Origin: an uncultured Mycoplasmatota bacterium
Lineage (GTDB): Bacteria > Bacillota_I > Bacilli_A > RF39 > UBA660
Direction of reading: 5' to 3'
DNA: 64,000 bases
Assembly (NCBI GenBank): GCA_949287595.1
Contig: CASEGV010000001.1
Coordinates: 220,873-284,872 of the forward strand
Below, piece after piece: positions 1 through 11,080 of the stretch. A program made the position numbers and the translations under genes. Position 1 is the stretch's first letter. Every line of letters begins with the position of its first letter. The notes beneath the pieces were generated by a model. That model did not search any database, was not told the DNA's origin, and saw only the letters and a list, made by a program, of their open reading frames with translations.

Positions 1-28
1 TAAAACACAGTAAAATTAAACTAAAACT

Positions 29-40
29 CTTATTATTGTA
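29..40 (+). promoter_or_regulatory. putative phage promoter motif CTTATWWWTGWA (representative copy)
   Basis: cttattattgta upstream of ORF at 63; similar motif precedes many ORFs (2310, 5240, 8271, 12755, 20791, 25566, 35509, 37155, 46938, 49261, 50565 on +; many on -). Confidence 0.65.
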
Positions 41-62
41 GAACAATTTAAAATTTTAAATT

Positions 63-1148
63 ATGAAATTAGTTAATAAAGGAAGTTATGAAATTAACTT
101 ATTTAAAGATGGAATTAAAATTGATAAAAATCTATTAAAATTTAGAAATTTAGAAAAATCGTTAGATACTGTTAAGATAAATTCTAATGATAAAATAGAC
201 GAGAAAGGAGTTTCTCTGGAGTTTAAGGTTATTACAGATCCTGACGAAATTACTCCAGATGAATATGTATTTTTGAAAGAAGATGAAAAGAATAACGTAT
301 TATCTAGTTTATCTAGATTAAAAAATGTAAAAGATTTTCTTAGACAAAATGATTCTTCTTTATTTAATCTAAAAATTTCTAAATATTTGCTCAATCTTGT
401 TAAGTCTAATAGATTTGCAGCATTAAGTGATAGTAATAACAATATTATATTTAGAAATAGTATTCAAATTGTTGGGGAAGGTGATGAAAACAAGAAAAAG
501 AAATCAATTTTTAAGAAATTAAAGAATTTCTTTAGAGAGAAGATCAATGAAATTAATAAAGATAGATCTAATGAAGAATTTAGCTTAGACGTATTAGATC
601 TATTTGATCAAGTTAAGTTTATATCCAACAATAATGAAAAGGAATTTATTGACAGAACTTCATCTTATATGGCTTTAATTAAGAAAGCTGATATACTTCA
701 TCAAGAAGCACAGAAAGAAAAATTACTAATTGAACTAGTAAATCATATATATGAATCTGTAATCAGCGTTTCTGGATTTAATCATTATATAACATTTGAT
801 GATCTAGTTAAGTTACAGAAAAAGTGTTCTAAACAATTAGATTTAGATTATATAAAAAATTTTACTAGAGTTATCCCGGATGAAGTAGTTTCTAGAAAAA
901 TACTTGCAGATAGTTTGCAAGTATTTGATAATTATGTAGTTCTTCACTATGATCCTGAAGGAAAAGCTTTTAGTTGGACAGAAGAAGAGAAAGAACGTGC
1001 TAAGGATCCTGTTTTATTTGGAGTAATTAGTGGATCTAATAAATTATATTATATTGGATCTTGGGTAGATGATTACTGTGATTTAACATGGGATAAAATT
1101 GTAGAAAAAATAGGAGAAGATAAAACGTTATTTGAAGAAAATAAATAA
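63..1148 (+). CDS. hypothetical phage protein
   Basis: 361 aa ORF between promoter motif and terminator; C-terminal KDPVLFGVI...LYYIGSWVDDYCDLT looks conserved but function not recognised. Confidence 0.8.
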   Translation: MKLVNKGSYEINLFKDGIKIDKNLLKFRNLEKSLDTVKINSNDKIDEKGVSLEFKVITDPDEITPDEYVFLKEDEKNNVLSSLSRLKNVKDFLRQNDSSLFNLKISKYLLNLVKSNRFAALSDSNNNIIFRNSIQIVGEGDENKKKKSIFKKLKNFFREKINEINKDRSNEEFSLDVLDLFDQVKFISNNNEKEFIDRTSSYMALIKKADILHQEAQKEKLLIELVNHIYESVISVSGFNHYITFDDLVKLQKKCSKQLDLDYIKNFTRVIPDEVVSRKILADSLQVFDNYVVLHYDPEGKAFSWTEEEKERAKDPVLFGVISGSNKLYYIGSWVDDYCDLTWDKIVEKIGEDKTLFEENK

Positions 1149-1156
1149 AAACATAG

Positions 1157-1193
1157 AACATAACTTATTGGCGATAATAAGTTATGTTTTTTT
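1157..1193 (+). terminator. intrinsic terminator
   Basis: aacataacttatt/aataagttatgtt inverted repeat followed by T-run. Confidence 0.75.
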
Positions 1194-1219
1194 AATCTTA
1201 ACTTTAATTATTTTAAATT

Positions 1220-2284
1220 ATGTGGATTTATGTAATAATTACGTCAGTATTGTACATTGTTTTATGGTACTCTTACTTAATGGCTAAATGGAAAAATAAA
1301 ATAGGGGTTAGTTTGTTTTTTCCAGGATTAGTAGCTACTGTAGTATTGATTGTTGGTATTGAATATAATTTTCCAAAAGATATAAAGTTAGTCAATTATC
1401 ATGTTGATAGAATTGTATCTAAGAAAGAAATATCTGGTGGAGAAATTATAGAAAAATACTACATGAAGTATACTACTACCAACGGAGAAGAAGAAATGGA
1501 TATATCAAAAAATACATATCGATATTTTTCTTCTTTATGGGGTTCAGATAATATTACTACTAAGAACTATGATTCTAATAATAAAGTAGTTGAAATAGTA
1601 AAGTGGGATAATAATCCTTCAACAGCATTAATATATTCTAAACCTGTTGTATATACAAATTATAAACAAAATTTATTAAGTGTTTATAATATAAATAAGG
1701 TCTCTTTAGTAGACGCATTGAAAAATAATTTATTTATTAGAGAATCTATTGGTGTAGTTAATGAAAATAATGTGTTAGAACCAAGACAGAATTTGGTATT
1801 AGGTATTAATATTCCGGACTCACTTGAAAGAAGAATAAATTATGTAGCATCATTGGATTCAGAGTATAGACCAATACTATTAGTTTATTTGAATGAAAGT
1901 AGAGAAAAAACAAAATTACAAAGATCATTCTGGTCTGGAGGAAGAGAGAATGAGATAGTATTTTGTGTTGGAATAAATGATAATGATACTATTATGTGGT
2001 CTAGTTCATTTTCTTGGTTTGGAGATAAAAGATTAGAGAGATATATTAAAAGTAATGTATTAGAAAAAGGTGAAAAGTTAGATATAGAAAAATATGTGGA
2101 ATTTTTGGAAGAAAGTTATAAGAATGGATATTTTGATTCCGGAGATAAGTCTTATGAGTCTTACAATTTTATAAAAATTCCATTAGAAGAATTATTATTA
2201 ACGATAATGATGATATCAGTAATAATTATTAATATTATTGTTATTATAAAAGCATTTAGATTTAAAAAACAACATACTACCTGA
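1220..2284 (+). CDS. membrane protein, hypothetical
   Basis: 354 aa; two N-terminal and one C-terminal hydrophobic segments. Confidence 0.75.
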   Translation: MWIYVIITSVLYIVLWYSYLMAKWKNKIGVSLFFPGLVATVVLIVGIEYNFPKDIKLVNYHVDRIVSKKEISGGEIIEKYYMKYTTTNGEEEMDISKNTYRYFSSLWGSDNITTKNYDSNNKVVEIVKWDNNPSTALIYSKPVVYTNYKQNLLSVYNINKVSLVDALKNNLFIRESIGVVNENNVLEPRQNLVLGINIPDSLERRINYVASLDSEYRPILLVYLNESREKTKLQRSFWSGGRENEIVFCVGINDNDTIMWSSSFSWFGDKRLERYIKSNVLEKGEKLDIEKYVEFLEESYKNGYFDSGDKSYESYNFIKIPLEELLLTIMMISVIIINIIVIIKAFRFKKQHTT

Positions 2285-2335
2285 GTTTCGTCTCAGGTAG
2301 TTTCTTTTCCTTATTATTGATAAATAAATTTAATT

Positions 2336-4138
2336 ATGAAACGAAGTATATATATTAAAGCAGAAAAGCTATTAAAAGAAATAGTAGAAAAATGGGAATT
2401 TGGAAATAAAGTTTACTATGTTGGGGGATGTGTTCGAGATTTACAACTTGGAAATATCCCTAAAGATATAGATTTATGCATAGATGTAGATAATGGGACT
2501 GATAAATTTATTGAATACTTAAGAAATTATCAATCCGATCTATGTCATGGATTTACTGTATTTCCTAAGTACGGTACAGCAAAATTCTCTTTAAAAGTAT
2601 TTCAAGAGAATATTGATATAGAGTGTGTTATTCCTAGAACTGAATCTTATAATGATGGTCCTAGAAAACCAGATTCTATTAAGCAAACTACGATAGAAGA
2701 AGATGCTAAGAGAAGAGACTTTTGTTGTAACGCATTATATAAGAATGTATTGACTGGAGAAGTATTGGATCCTACAGGAAAAGGTTTAGTTGATTGTACG
2801 AATAAAATTTTGAGAACTCCTTTAGATCCATATAGTACTTATATTGATGATCCCCTTAGAATGATGAGGGCAATAAGATTTTCTTGTACTAAAGGATTTG
2901 TAATAGAGGAATCTACAAGAAAAGCTATTTTCTATTATCCACAATTTGATCAAATTTCAGTTGAGAGAATAAGGGACGAGTTTGATAAAATATTAATGTC
3001 CCAATGTCCTATAAAAGGATTAGATATTTTGATAGAAACTGAATTAATGATTAGAATAATAAAAAGATTTGTTAAGTATAAAGATTTTGACCAAAATAGT
3101 AAATATCATAATCTTACTTGGAAAGATCATACATTTTCAGTTCTTGATAAGGTAGTTAATCAAGGAGCTAATTTAGAAACTAGATTAGCAGCATTACTTC
3201 ATGATATTGCTAAGCCAACCTGTTATCAAGTAAAGTCTGATGGAACATATTCATTCCATGAACATGATATAAAATCTGCAGATATAGCAAAATCTATTCT
3301 TACTTCTTTAAAATACTCAAATGATATAATAGATAAAGTATGTTTCTTAGTAAGAAATCATATGTGTATAAAACAATTTTATGATTATAGTCTAAAAACA
3401 TATACTGGAAAACCAAAAGTAACTAGAAAATTAATTCGTTTACTAGAGGATAATATGACAGATGAAATGATGTTAATAGATGCAGATAATCTCAGTCATT
3501 CCCCTAGATGGAATATGCCAGGGCAAGTTTCAAGTTTTTTAAATGAAGTAGAAAGAATAAAAGAATTAGGAACGTCTAATAATAATAATTTTTCTATACC
3601 TGTTACTGGTGAGGATATTATGAATCACTATTATATTTCTCCGGGAGTATTGGTAAAAGAAATAAAAAAGATTCTTCAAGAATACTATGATGATAATCCC
3701 AATTTATCAAAAGCCGAGTTATTACTTGAGTATGATAAAGAATTTCTGAAAAAGAATTTATGGATAATAAAAACTGATTATCGTTATAGTGTATTTATCC
3801 TTGAACCAAAGATTACCGATTCTGATATATCATTTGACTGTAAAGATAGTCCATTAGATTTGACTGAAGGTGAACTACTTTCTTTTGGTATAGAGAGAAG
3901 ATATATTCCGGAGAAAGAAAATACTTATACTAAAGTTTCAGCAATATACGCACCGAGATTGTATAGAAGAAAAAGTAAGCATTTTAGATTTTATACAACA
4001 TCAGTAGAAATAGCAAAACTATTAGAATCTTTAGAAACAGACTGTGGAGGATATAAAAGTTTTAACTGTAGTTTAGAAATGAATGATCTTTCTTTCAGAG
4101 TTGAGTGGGAAGACGGAACTATAGATAGTGTATTATGA
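2336..4138 (+). CDS. cca: CCA-adding tRNA nucleotidyltransferase / poly(A) polymerase family with HD domain
   Basis: VGGCVRD..PKDIDL, EDAKRRDFCCNAL, DDPLRMMRAIRF, ERIRDEF; HD motif AALLHDIAKP. Confidence 0.9.
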   Translation: MKRSIYIKAEKLLKEIVEKWEFGNKVYYVGGCVRDLQLGNIPKDIDLCIDVDNGTDKFIEYLRNYQSDLCHGFTVFPKYGTAKFSLKVFQENIDIECVIPRTESYNDGPRKPDSIKQTTIEEDAKRRDFCCNALYKNVLTGEVLDPTGKGLVDCTNKILRTPLDPYSTYIDDPLRMMRAIRFSCTKGFVIEESTRKAIFYYPQFDQISVERIRDEFDKILMSQCPIKGLDILIETELMIRIIKRFVKYKDFDQNSKYHNLTWKDHTFSVLDKVVNQGANLETRLAALLHDIAKPTCYQVKSDGTYSFHEHDIKSADIAKSILTSLKYSNDIIDKVCFLVRNHMCIKQFYDYSLKTYTGKPKVTRKLIRLLEDNMTDEMMLIDADNLSHSPRWNMPGQVSSFLNEVERIKELGTSNNNNFSIPVTGEDIMNHYYISPGVLVKEIKKILQEYYDDNPNLSKAELLLEYDKEFLKKNLWIIKTDYRYSVFILEPKITDSDISFDCKDSPLDLTEGELLSFGIERRYIPEKENTYTKVSAIYAPRLYRRKSKHFRFYTTSVEIAKLLESLETDCGGYKSFNCSLEMNDLSFRVEWEDGTIDSVL

Positions 4139-4419
4139 AAAAGAAATCTTATTTTGAATCAATTAGTGTTAATGATTTATTCAGAGCTTTTCCTGGATTT
4201 ATATTTCGAGATGCTGGATTAGAAATTGTTGGATATAATCCACAAAATAATCAACATTTAGTTATAGATGACGGATTGTGTGTATCTGGAGATTATGGTT
4301 GGTGTGTTCACATATATCAACTTAATAATCCACCAAAAGATTATAGTTGGTTAACTTGGAAATATATAGTTGACGAACCATGGGCGAAGAAGATATTAGA
4401 AAAACGTTATAATTTTTAA
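4135..4419 (+). CDS. hypothetical protein
   Basis: 94 aa ORF, ATGA overlap with upstream gene. Confidence 0.7.
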   Translation: MKKKSYFESISVNDLFRAFPGFIFRDAGLEIVGYNPQNNQHLVIDDGLCVSGDYGWCVHIYQLNNPPKDYSWLTWKYIVDEPWAKKILEKRYNF

Positions 4420-4432
4420 ATTTAGGTGTAAT

Positions 4433-5236
4433 ATGGAAATAAAAGAATTTGTAAAATCAGTTGATTATAAAATTGATAAGTTATTTGGTAGTAGATCAAG
4501 TACAGCTCAAAATCCTGATGCTACTTTTGATCAGAAGACTGCTGATATTGACTCTATTAAAATTGTTGAAAAATATACTGGAGAAACAGTATATGATCTT
4601 ATAAAAGGAGAATTTCCTTTAATGAAATTTTTACAGGACAACTTAGATAAGTCAACTTTAATTACTAATAATATAGATCTTACATATTACAAAAATCTAG
4701 AGTTAAGAAAATTAAGTTTTGAAGATTTTAATGTATACTTCTTTACTTATGTGTCAGGAGTTAGTAGGAATATACGCGTTGGTTCTGTATATATGAATGT
4801 TAAACGAGTAGATTTACCTCCTAAGAATGAAATTAAACCAGCTAAAGATGGTAGATTATATATCTTTAGAGGAAAAGAAGATAATAAGATATATAAATTG
4901 CCATTTCTTAATTATCCAAGTAATATATCTGATTTTGTAAAATGGTTAAAGAAAAATAAAAAAATTTCGGTAACCCCAAAAGAATTTTGGAATAAGAAAG
5001 ATAATATTTCAGATTGGGGCGAATGGATGAAGGAACATTATATTCCGAAATTTAATTTAAAGACTCAAGATGATATAGCTAATTATATAGAGTATCTTGA
5101 GAATGATTATTTTCCTAAATATCAACCAAAAAATAAGGTAGTTCTTTTAAAAAATCCTATAGAAATAAACATTACTCAGGATGATATTGTAAAATTTATA
5201 AATGAAACTAATAATAGGTATAAAATATATCGTTAA
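4433..5236 (+). CDS. hypothetical protein
   Basis: 267 aa ORF in operon. Confidence 0.75.
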   Translation: MEIKEFVKSVDYKIDKLFGSRSSTAQNPDATFDQKTADIDSIKIVEKYTGETVYDLIKGEFPLMKFLQDNLDKSTLITNNIDLTYYKNLELRKLSFEDFNVYFFTYVSGVSRNIRVGSVYMNVKRVDLPPKNEIKPAKDGRLYIFRGKEDNKIYKLPFLNYPSNISDFVKWLKKNKKISVTPKEFWNKKDNISDWGEWMKEHYIPKFNLKTQDDIANYIEYLENDYFPKYQPKNKVVLLKNPIEINITQDDIVKFINETNNRYKIYR

Positions 5237-5278
5237 ACTCTTATAGTTGTATAATAAATTTAAAAATTATTAGAAACA

Positions 5279-7987
5279 ATGGAAGAAATGAGTTATTTTA
5301 CAAATGAGTTAAGAGAAATCTTTAAAAAATCTTATAAAACTGTAGAACAATTTAGGTTAAAAGAAGTTCCTCTGGACTTAATTATATCTAATATAATTAA
5401 ATATTATTTAGAGGAAGGAGGAGAATCTGAAGCATTATCTAATTATTTGGAAAGTAAACTTGAATTTGATGATAGTAAATCTCAGATAATTTCTAGTATG
5501 GAAGTCTGTATAAATGATAATTATTTATATAATGAAGATTATATAAATAAATTACCAAATAAGTATCATTTAAGTCACGATTTAGCGATTGCATCTAAAA
5601 AATTAAAAGATTTACTTGGATATTTAATTAATAAAAAAGATAATTTACCTGGATATACTTTTGGAAATAATTTTAAGATAGATACAGTATTATTTCTTGG
5701 TAGTGCATTAGAGGAATCTACTAAAATAACCGAATTGTTAAGAGATGAAGCGGATATTACTAGTGAAGATCTAGCAGAATACTTAAAGAAGTTTTTCTCT
5801 AGTAAAGTATCCGAATTAATTAACTCAGGTTCATCGGGTTTAGGAAATTTTTTTGAAAAAAGACTGGATTTCTCTGATGAAAAATCAAATAAGCCAACTC
5901 CTGAAGAAGATGACAAAGAATTCGAAATGGCAGGACAGAGTAATGTTAACCAATCATCTAGTGTAGATCCAAATTCTACAACTCCATTTCTGGATACATA
6001 TTCTGTAAATCTAACTAAACAATGTAAGTTAGGGAATTTTGATCCAGTAGTTGGAAGAGATAAAGAAATATCTCAGGTAATAGAAATTTTATCATGTAGA
6101 AAAAAGAGTAATTGTGTTCTCTTAGGTGATCCTGGAGTTGGAAAAACTAGTATTGTTGTTGGATTAGTTCAGGCTATAGAATCTGGTAACGTTCCTATTG
6201 AATTAAAAGGAAAAGAAGTAAGGTCTTTAGATATAGCTGGAATGGTTAGTGGCAGTACTTTTAGAGGAGATTTTGAAAAAAAATTACTAGAGTGTTTAAA
6301 AGAACTAGTAGAAAATCCAAATATTATCGCATTTATTGATGAAATGCATCAAATTATGGGTGCTGGTTCTAATACTCCTGGAAATGGAGATGCTGGACAA
6401 TTGATGAAGCCGTATTTAAGTGGTACTGCGGGAAAAATAACTGTAATTGGTGCTACTACTGCAGAAGAATATAGAAAATTCGTAGAGAAAGATGGAGCGT
6501 TAAAAAGAAGATTTCAAGAAGTATCAGTAGAAGAACCTGGAATAGAAGAAACTGTTGATATTTTGACAAAAATTGCTCCAAAATATGAAGAATATCATAA
6601 AGTAATATATTCCCCTGAAGTAATACGTTCTTGTGTAGAATGGTCTGGAAGATATATTGATAGATATTTTCCAGATAAAGCTATTGATTGTTTAGATATT
6701 GCAGGATCTCTTACTAAATTAAGTAGAGGGGTTAATACTAAAAAATTAGATAAATTAGAAGATGATCTTAAACTTTTGAGTGAAAAGAAGAAAAACTATA
6801 TTTCAGAATCTGAATTTGAAAAAGCTAGTAAAGTTAGGGGAAAAATTATAAAGCTGGAATCAAAAATAGAGGAAGAAAAATCAAAAATAAGTTTATCTAA
6901 TAGTGATAGATCTGATTGGATAAATGTAAGTTTGGATACTGTTGCAGAAGTAATTTCAAAAATGTCAAAAGTTCCAGTAGATAAAATTAGAAAGACTTCA
7001 TTTGATAAATTAAGATCAATGAAGAATACTATGGAACAGAAAATTATAGGTCAACCTGATGCAATTAGAAGCGTTAGTATGACTCTTAATAGACAATTCT
7101 TGGGATTTAAGGATAAAAATAAACCAGTATCTCTTATGTTTATTGGAAAAACCGCTACTGGAAAAACTTATCTATCAAAAATTTTAGCTAACGAAATTTT
7201 TGGAAGTGATAAGAATTTAATAAGAATTGATTGTAGCCTCTTAGCTTCTGGTGGAGAAGCTTCTGGAACTAGTTTGTTAGGATCTTCTGCTGGATATGTT
7301 GGATATGATAGTCCAACTATTTTCGAGGAGGTTAGAAAACGACCATTTAGCGTAGTATTATTCGATGAAATTGAAAAAGCTCCAGAAGGAATAATCAATA
7401 CAATTCTTCTTCCGTTACTAGATGAAGGATATATAACCTTAGCTAATAATACTAGAGTTAATTTTAGCAACTGTATTGTTATCTTTACAAGTAATATTGG
7501 AACTAAAGAAGTAGAAGCTAAAGGAAAAGGTCTTGGATTCAGTAAGCTCGATGGAGAGTTGAAAAATAAAGATGATGAATCTACAATTATGAAGGCTATT
7601 AAAAAGAAGTTTAGACCAGAAGTAATTAATAGAATTAGTGAAATTATATTCTTTAGATCATTAAATGAAGAAGATCTGAAAAAGATATTTGATTTAGAAA
7701 TTGCGAAGCTTAAGGATAGATTATCAGAAAAAGGATTTACCTTAAGTGTGACTGATTCTATGAAAAACTTTATAGTATCTAAATGTGATCTTAATTATGG
7801 TGCTAGAGATTTGCAGCGTCATATTGTAGAATACTGTGAAAATAGTATTTTGGAGTCTATGCTTAATTTTGAAAATATTGATAATTGTGGAAAAAATATA
7901 ACAGTAGACTTAGTAGATAATAACCCAGTTGTAAGTTTTAATACAACTATAGTTCTTAATAAAAGTTCTGTAAAACAATTATCTTAA
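5279..7987 (+). CDS. clpC: ClpC/ClpB-like AAA+ ATPase (Clp protease ATP-binding subunit)
   Basis: DPVVGRDKEI, GDPGVGKT, FIDEMH, IGATT..EYRK..EKDGALKRRFQ, UVR-like EFEKASKVR, second domain GKTATGKT, VLFDEIEKA, YGARDL. Confidence 0.9.
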   Translation: MEEMSYFTNELREIFKKSYKTVEQFRLKEVPLDLIISNIIKYYLEEGGESEALSNYLESKLEFDDSKSQIISSMEVCINDNYLYNEDYINKLPNKYHLSHDLAIASKKLKDLLGYLINKKDNLPGYTFGNNFKIDTVLFLGSALEESTKITELLRDEADITSEDLAEYLKKFFSSKVSELINSGSSGLGNFFEKRLDFSDEKSNKPTPEEDDKEFEMAGQSNVNQSSSVDPNSTTPFLDTYSVNLTKQCKLGNFDPVVGRDKEISQVIEILSCRKKSNCVLLGDPGVGKTSIVVGLVQAIESGNVPIELKGKEVRSLDIAGMVSGSTFRGDFEKKLLECLKELVENPNIIAFIDEMHQIMGAGSNTPGNGDAGQLMKPYLSGTAGKITVIGATTAEEYRKFVEKDGALKRRFQEVSVEEPGIEETVDILTKIAPKYEEYHKVIYSPEVIRSCVEWSGRYIDRYFPDKAIDCLDIAGSLTKLSRGVNTKKLDKLEDDLKLLSEKKKNYISESEFEKASKVRGKIIKLESKIEEEKSKISLSNSDRSDWINVSLDTVAEVISKMSKVPVDKIRKTSFDKLRSMKNTMEQKIIGQPDAIRSVSMTLNRQFLGFKDKNKPVSLMFIGKTATGKTYLSKILANEIFGSDKNLIRIDCSLLASGGEASGTSLLGSSAGYVGYDSPTIFEEVRKRPFSVVLFDEIEKAPEGIINTILLPLLDEGYITLANNTRVNFSNCIVIFTSNIGTKEVEAKGKGLGFSKLDGELKNKDDESTIMKAIKKKFRPEVINRISEIIFFRSLNEEDLKKIFDLEIAKLKDRLSEKGFTLSVTDSMKNFIVSKCDLNYGARDLQRHIVEYCENSILESMLNFENIDNCGKNITVDLVDNNPVVSFNTTIVLNKSSVKQLS

Positions 7988-7990
7988 AAT

Positions 7991-8027
7991 AAAAAGAAAC
8001 GTAGTTTTTAACTACGTTTCTTTTTTT
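7991..8027. terminator. bidirectional intrinsic terminator
   Basis: aaaaagaaacgtagtt/aactacgtttcttttt. Confidence 0.8.
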
Positions 8028-8302
8028 ATTCTTAATTGAAGACATTCCATCAGCTATTGAAAACTCACAAACTATTACCTCTTTATCATCTATACTTGTT
8101 ATTGTTATAAAGTAACAATAATTTCTCATTTTTCAATTAATTCTAAATCTAATTTAGGGTTCATTCCTAATAAAATCCCTAATTTATCATACTTCATAAT
8201 TATAAAATATAAGTTCAATTATAAGTATTTGAGTATAGTCTCTAATAAAGAAATATACTGCATTATAAACCTTAATAGTGAAGAATTAAACTAAATAATT
8301 AT

Positions 8303-8678
8303 ATGAAAGGAATTTATAAATTTGAATGGGATTTCTCTTATGGGAATATTAAGTGGAATTTTTATAGCTGATTCAGAGGATATCAGTTTATTAGAAAATA
8401 ATAAAATTGTATTAAATTTTGGAGAGGTTCTTGGAAAACATTCATGTGTTGATGAGGTAAATTTAGATCCTGGAGATTTTATAAAATTGACAGAGGATCA
8501 AGATTTAGTAGCGGCGTTTGAGAGTAATAATATGTTTTGTGGATATAATCCATTTAATATATTTATATCTAAATATTTTATGAATATCCCAAAAGAATTA
8601 TTAAATAAATATCCAAATGAAGATTGGGAAGATATGACCGCTGGAGAATATATAAATTTATTAAAAACTATAAAATAA
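8303..8678 (+). pseudogene. hypothetical protein with probable +1 frameshift near 8335-8345
   Basis: ATG at 8303 after promoter motif reads MKGIYKFEWDFS then stops after 22 codons; the long frame (MGILSGIFIADSED...) is offset by +1. Confidence 0.45.
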
Positions 8679-8802
8679 AGAATAATATGAATTTACCTAT
8701 TAATTGTTCTGGTTGTATATTTTTTGGGCAAACCAATGATATAACCTACTGTACTGCTGGGAAAAATGATTTAGAAGCAAAAACATGTAATGATAAGAAA
8801 CA

Positions 8803-9189
8803 ATGACAGCAAAAGAATTATTTCCAAAATATGTAGAAATATTTGAGCTTGTAATTGAGCAAGCGGGTGAAGATACTGGTAATAAGGTATATAAAAATAT
8901 ATCTAAAGTTATATTAGACAACAAAGATAAGATAGAAAGTTCTATAGAAAACGATGTTCCTTTTAGTTTGTTCGTTACGGTACTAATAATGATTGTATTA
9001 TTAGAGGTACATACTCCAGAAAAACTTGATAAAATGTCTAAAGAAGATACTAAAGTTTTAATGGATAATTTATTTGATAGGTATCTAAAAAAGCCTACAA
9101 GAAAGTTTACTGCTAGTTATGGTTTACCGACTATGAATTGTTTAGAGTATGGGGCATTTATTCGATTAAGAGATAATGATAGATTTTAA
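8803..9189 (+). CDS. hypothetical protein
   Basis: 128 aa ORF in operon. Confidence 0.7.
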   Translation: MTAKELFPKYVEIFELVIEQAGEDTGNKVYKNISKVILDNKDKIESSIENDVPFSLFVTVLIMIVLLEVHTPEKLDKMSKEDTKVLMDNLFDRYLKKPTRKFTASYGLPTMNCLEYGAFIRLRDNDRF

Positions 9190-9862
9190 AAAAGGAAATA
9201 TATTCACTACAGATAAAAAAGTGATAGTTAATACCATAAATTGTGTTGGGGTTATGGGAGCTGGAATAGCATTAGAGTGTAGGTTAAGATTTCCAGATAT
9301 GTTCAATACATATAAAAATTTATGTTCTGATGGTCTTATTTCTCCTGGATTATTATGGTTATATAAAGCTAATAACAGTAGATGGATATTAAATTTTCCA
9401 ACAAAAACACATTGGAAATATCCATCTAAAGAGATATATATTGAAAAAGGATTAGAGAAATTTGTAAACACTTATAAAAGTAAAAGTATAGATTCTATAG
9501 CATTTCCTCTTTTAGGAACTAATAATGGAGGATTAAATAAAGATAGAGTATTAGAAATTATGTGTAAATATTTAAAAGATTGCGATATACCAATATCAAT
9601 ATATGATTATGATCCTTTAGCAAATGATGGTATAATAGATAACTTTATTAAAAAATGGAAATTACTATCAGATGTAGATAAGATATCAATATTTGGGAAA
9701 TTGCAGTTTGAAAAATTAACTAAAGTTATTAATTATAATAATCTCAGTTCATTGATATCAATTCACAATATTGATAAATCTATATCTATTAATACTTTAG
9801 AAAAATGTTATAGCTTATATAAAATTGGAGATAAATTTAAATTATTAAAACAAAATAATTAA
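9176..9862 (+). CDS. macro domain protein (DarG-like ADP-ribosylglycohydrolase)
   Basis: KGNIF...IVNTINCVGVMGAGIALE..RFPDMF, ILNFPTKTHW, SIAFPLLGTNNGGL. Confidence 0.88.
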   Translation: MIDFKKGNIFTTDKKVIVNTINCVGVMGAGIALECRLRFPDMFNTYKNLCSDGLISPGLLWLYKANNSRWILNFPTKTHWKYPSKEIYIEKGLEKFVNTYKSKSIDSIAFPLLGTNNGGLNKDRVLEIMCKYLKDCDIPISIYDYDPLANDGIIDNFIKKWKLLSDVDKISIFGKLQFEKLTKVINYNNLSSLISIHNIDKSISINTLEKCYSLYKIGDKFKLLKQNN

Positions 9863-10440
9863 TGATCTTAAATGATTTTAAAGAAAAAGCAAATAAATTT
9901 CTTAAAGATAATTATGGAATTGAAAATTATATAGATGATAATGACTTTAAAATAAGTGTTTTAAAGTTTTATACTTATATCAGTGATAATTATTGTTCAG
10001 ATTTTATTGATAAGGTCGATCAAATTTCTAATATTATTTTATCAGATATAGTATTAACTGATTATAGGAAATTGATAGAAATAATTATATTTAATTTCTT
10101 ATTTGAAAGAATTCCTTGGTCTTATAGTGGATCTAATCTCTCTTTTATGTTCATAAAGGATATTTCTGAGTCCTTTACTAAAAGAGAGGAGGAGATAAAA
10201 AATTTATTTCTTGAAAATACTGAAGAATATTTAAAACTATTTGGATCTAGTAAACCAATAGAAACTAAGAAAAAAGAGCTCGATTATTGTCTACAGGATA
10301 TTAAATCAAATAAATTTTTGATATCAATATGTTTTGAATTTATAATCGATAAATGTCTTAAAAATATACTATATCAGAGTTCTTATGATAAAAGTACTAG
10401 AGTAAACTTTGAAGAATTTTTAAATATTATTACAACATGA
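9862..10440 (+). CDS. hypothetical protein
   Basis: 192 aa ORF coupled to neighbours. Confidence 0.7.
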   Translation: MILNDFKEKANKFLKDNYGIENYIDDNDFKISVLKFYTYISDNYCSDFIDKVDQISNIILSDIVLTDYRKLIEIIIFNFLFERIPWSYSGSNLSFMFIKDISESFTKREEEIKNLFLENTEEYLKLFGSSKPIETKKKELDYCLQDIKSNKFLISICFEFIIDKCLKNILYQSSYDKSTRVNFEEFLNIITT

Positions 10441-10994
10441 AAAATTTTAAAGTAACATCAGTAGAAAATGGAAAAGAGTATTGGATTTCAAGAGCTCATG
10501 CAGTTGTAGGTATAGTTTATACTATTCACAATGGTAGTATATTCTTTCTAGTATCTAAAAGAGGAAGTGGATGTCCAGATAATGTAGGATATTGGGCTTG
10601 TACTTGTGGATATTTAGATTGGGGAGAAACTAGAAAAGATGCAGTTAGAAGAGAGTTGTATGAAGAATTAGGATTAGATCTTAGTGTTTATCCTAATGAA
10701 TATGTAGAACATTTCTGTACTATCGATGATCCTAGTAGAGATGCTAGAGAAAATATAGTATCTAGATATCTTATAAAAGTAGATTACGAATCTATTAATG
10801 GTAAGATAAGTAAAGGAGAAATAAATAATAATACTGAGTCAAGAGGAGGAGAGAAAGATGAAGTAGAAGAAATTAGATTTATTGAATCAGAATTTATAGA
10901 TTATTTTGAATGGGCATTTAATCATGGGGAAATATTGAAAGAAGTTGTCAAGTATATTAAAACCGGTCAAAAGCCTAATTATTGTGATGAATAA
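10437..10994 (+). CDS. NUDIX hydrolase
   Basis: Nudix box GYLDWGETRKDAVRRELYEELGL. Confidence 0.9.
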   Translation: MKNFKVTSVENGKEYWISRAHAVVGIVYTIHNGSIFFLVSKRGSGCPDNVGYWACTCGYLDWGETRKDAVRRELYEELGLDLSVYPNEYVEHFCTIDDPSRDARENIVSRYLIKVDYESINGKISKGEINNNTESRGGEKDEVEEIRFIESEFIDYFEWAFNHGEILKEVVKYIKTGQKPNYCDE

Positions 10995-11057
10995 ATTCAG
11001 TAAATAATAATGAGATTAATAATCAGCAACAATTCAAAAGTTCATCACAAAGAAAAA

Positions 11058-11080
11058 AGAAGAGGATTAAATCCTCTTCT
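11058..11080. terminator. bidirectional intrinsic terminator
   Basis: agaagaggatt/atcctcttct between convergent genes. Confidence 0.75.

Noticed and set aside
8028-8200. Two tiny minus-strand ORFs after clpC
   Set aside because: 23-40 codons, one running into the terminator; may be gene remnants but cannot be supported.
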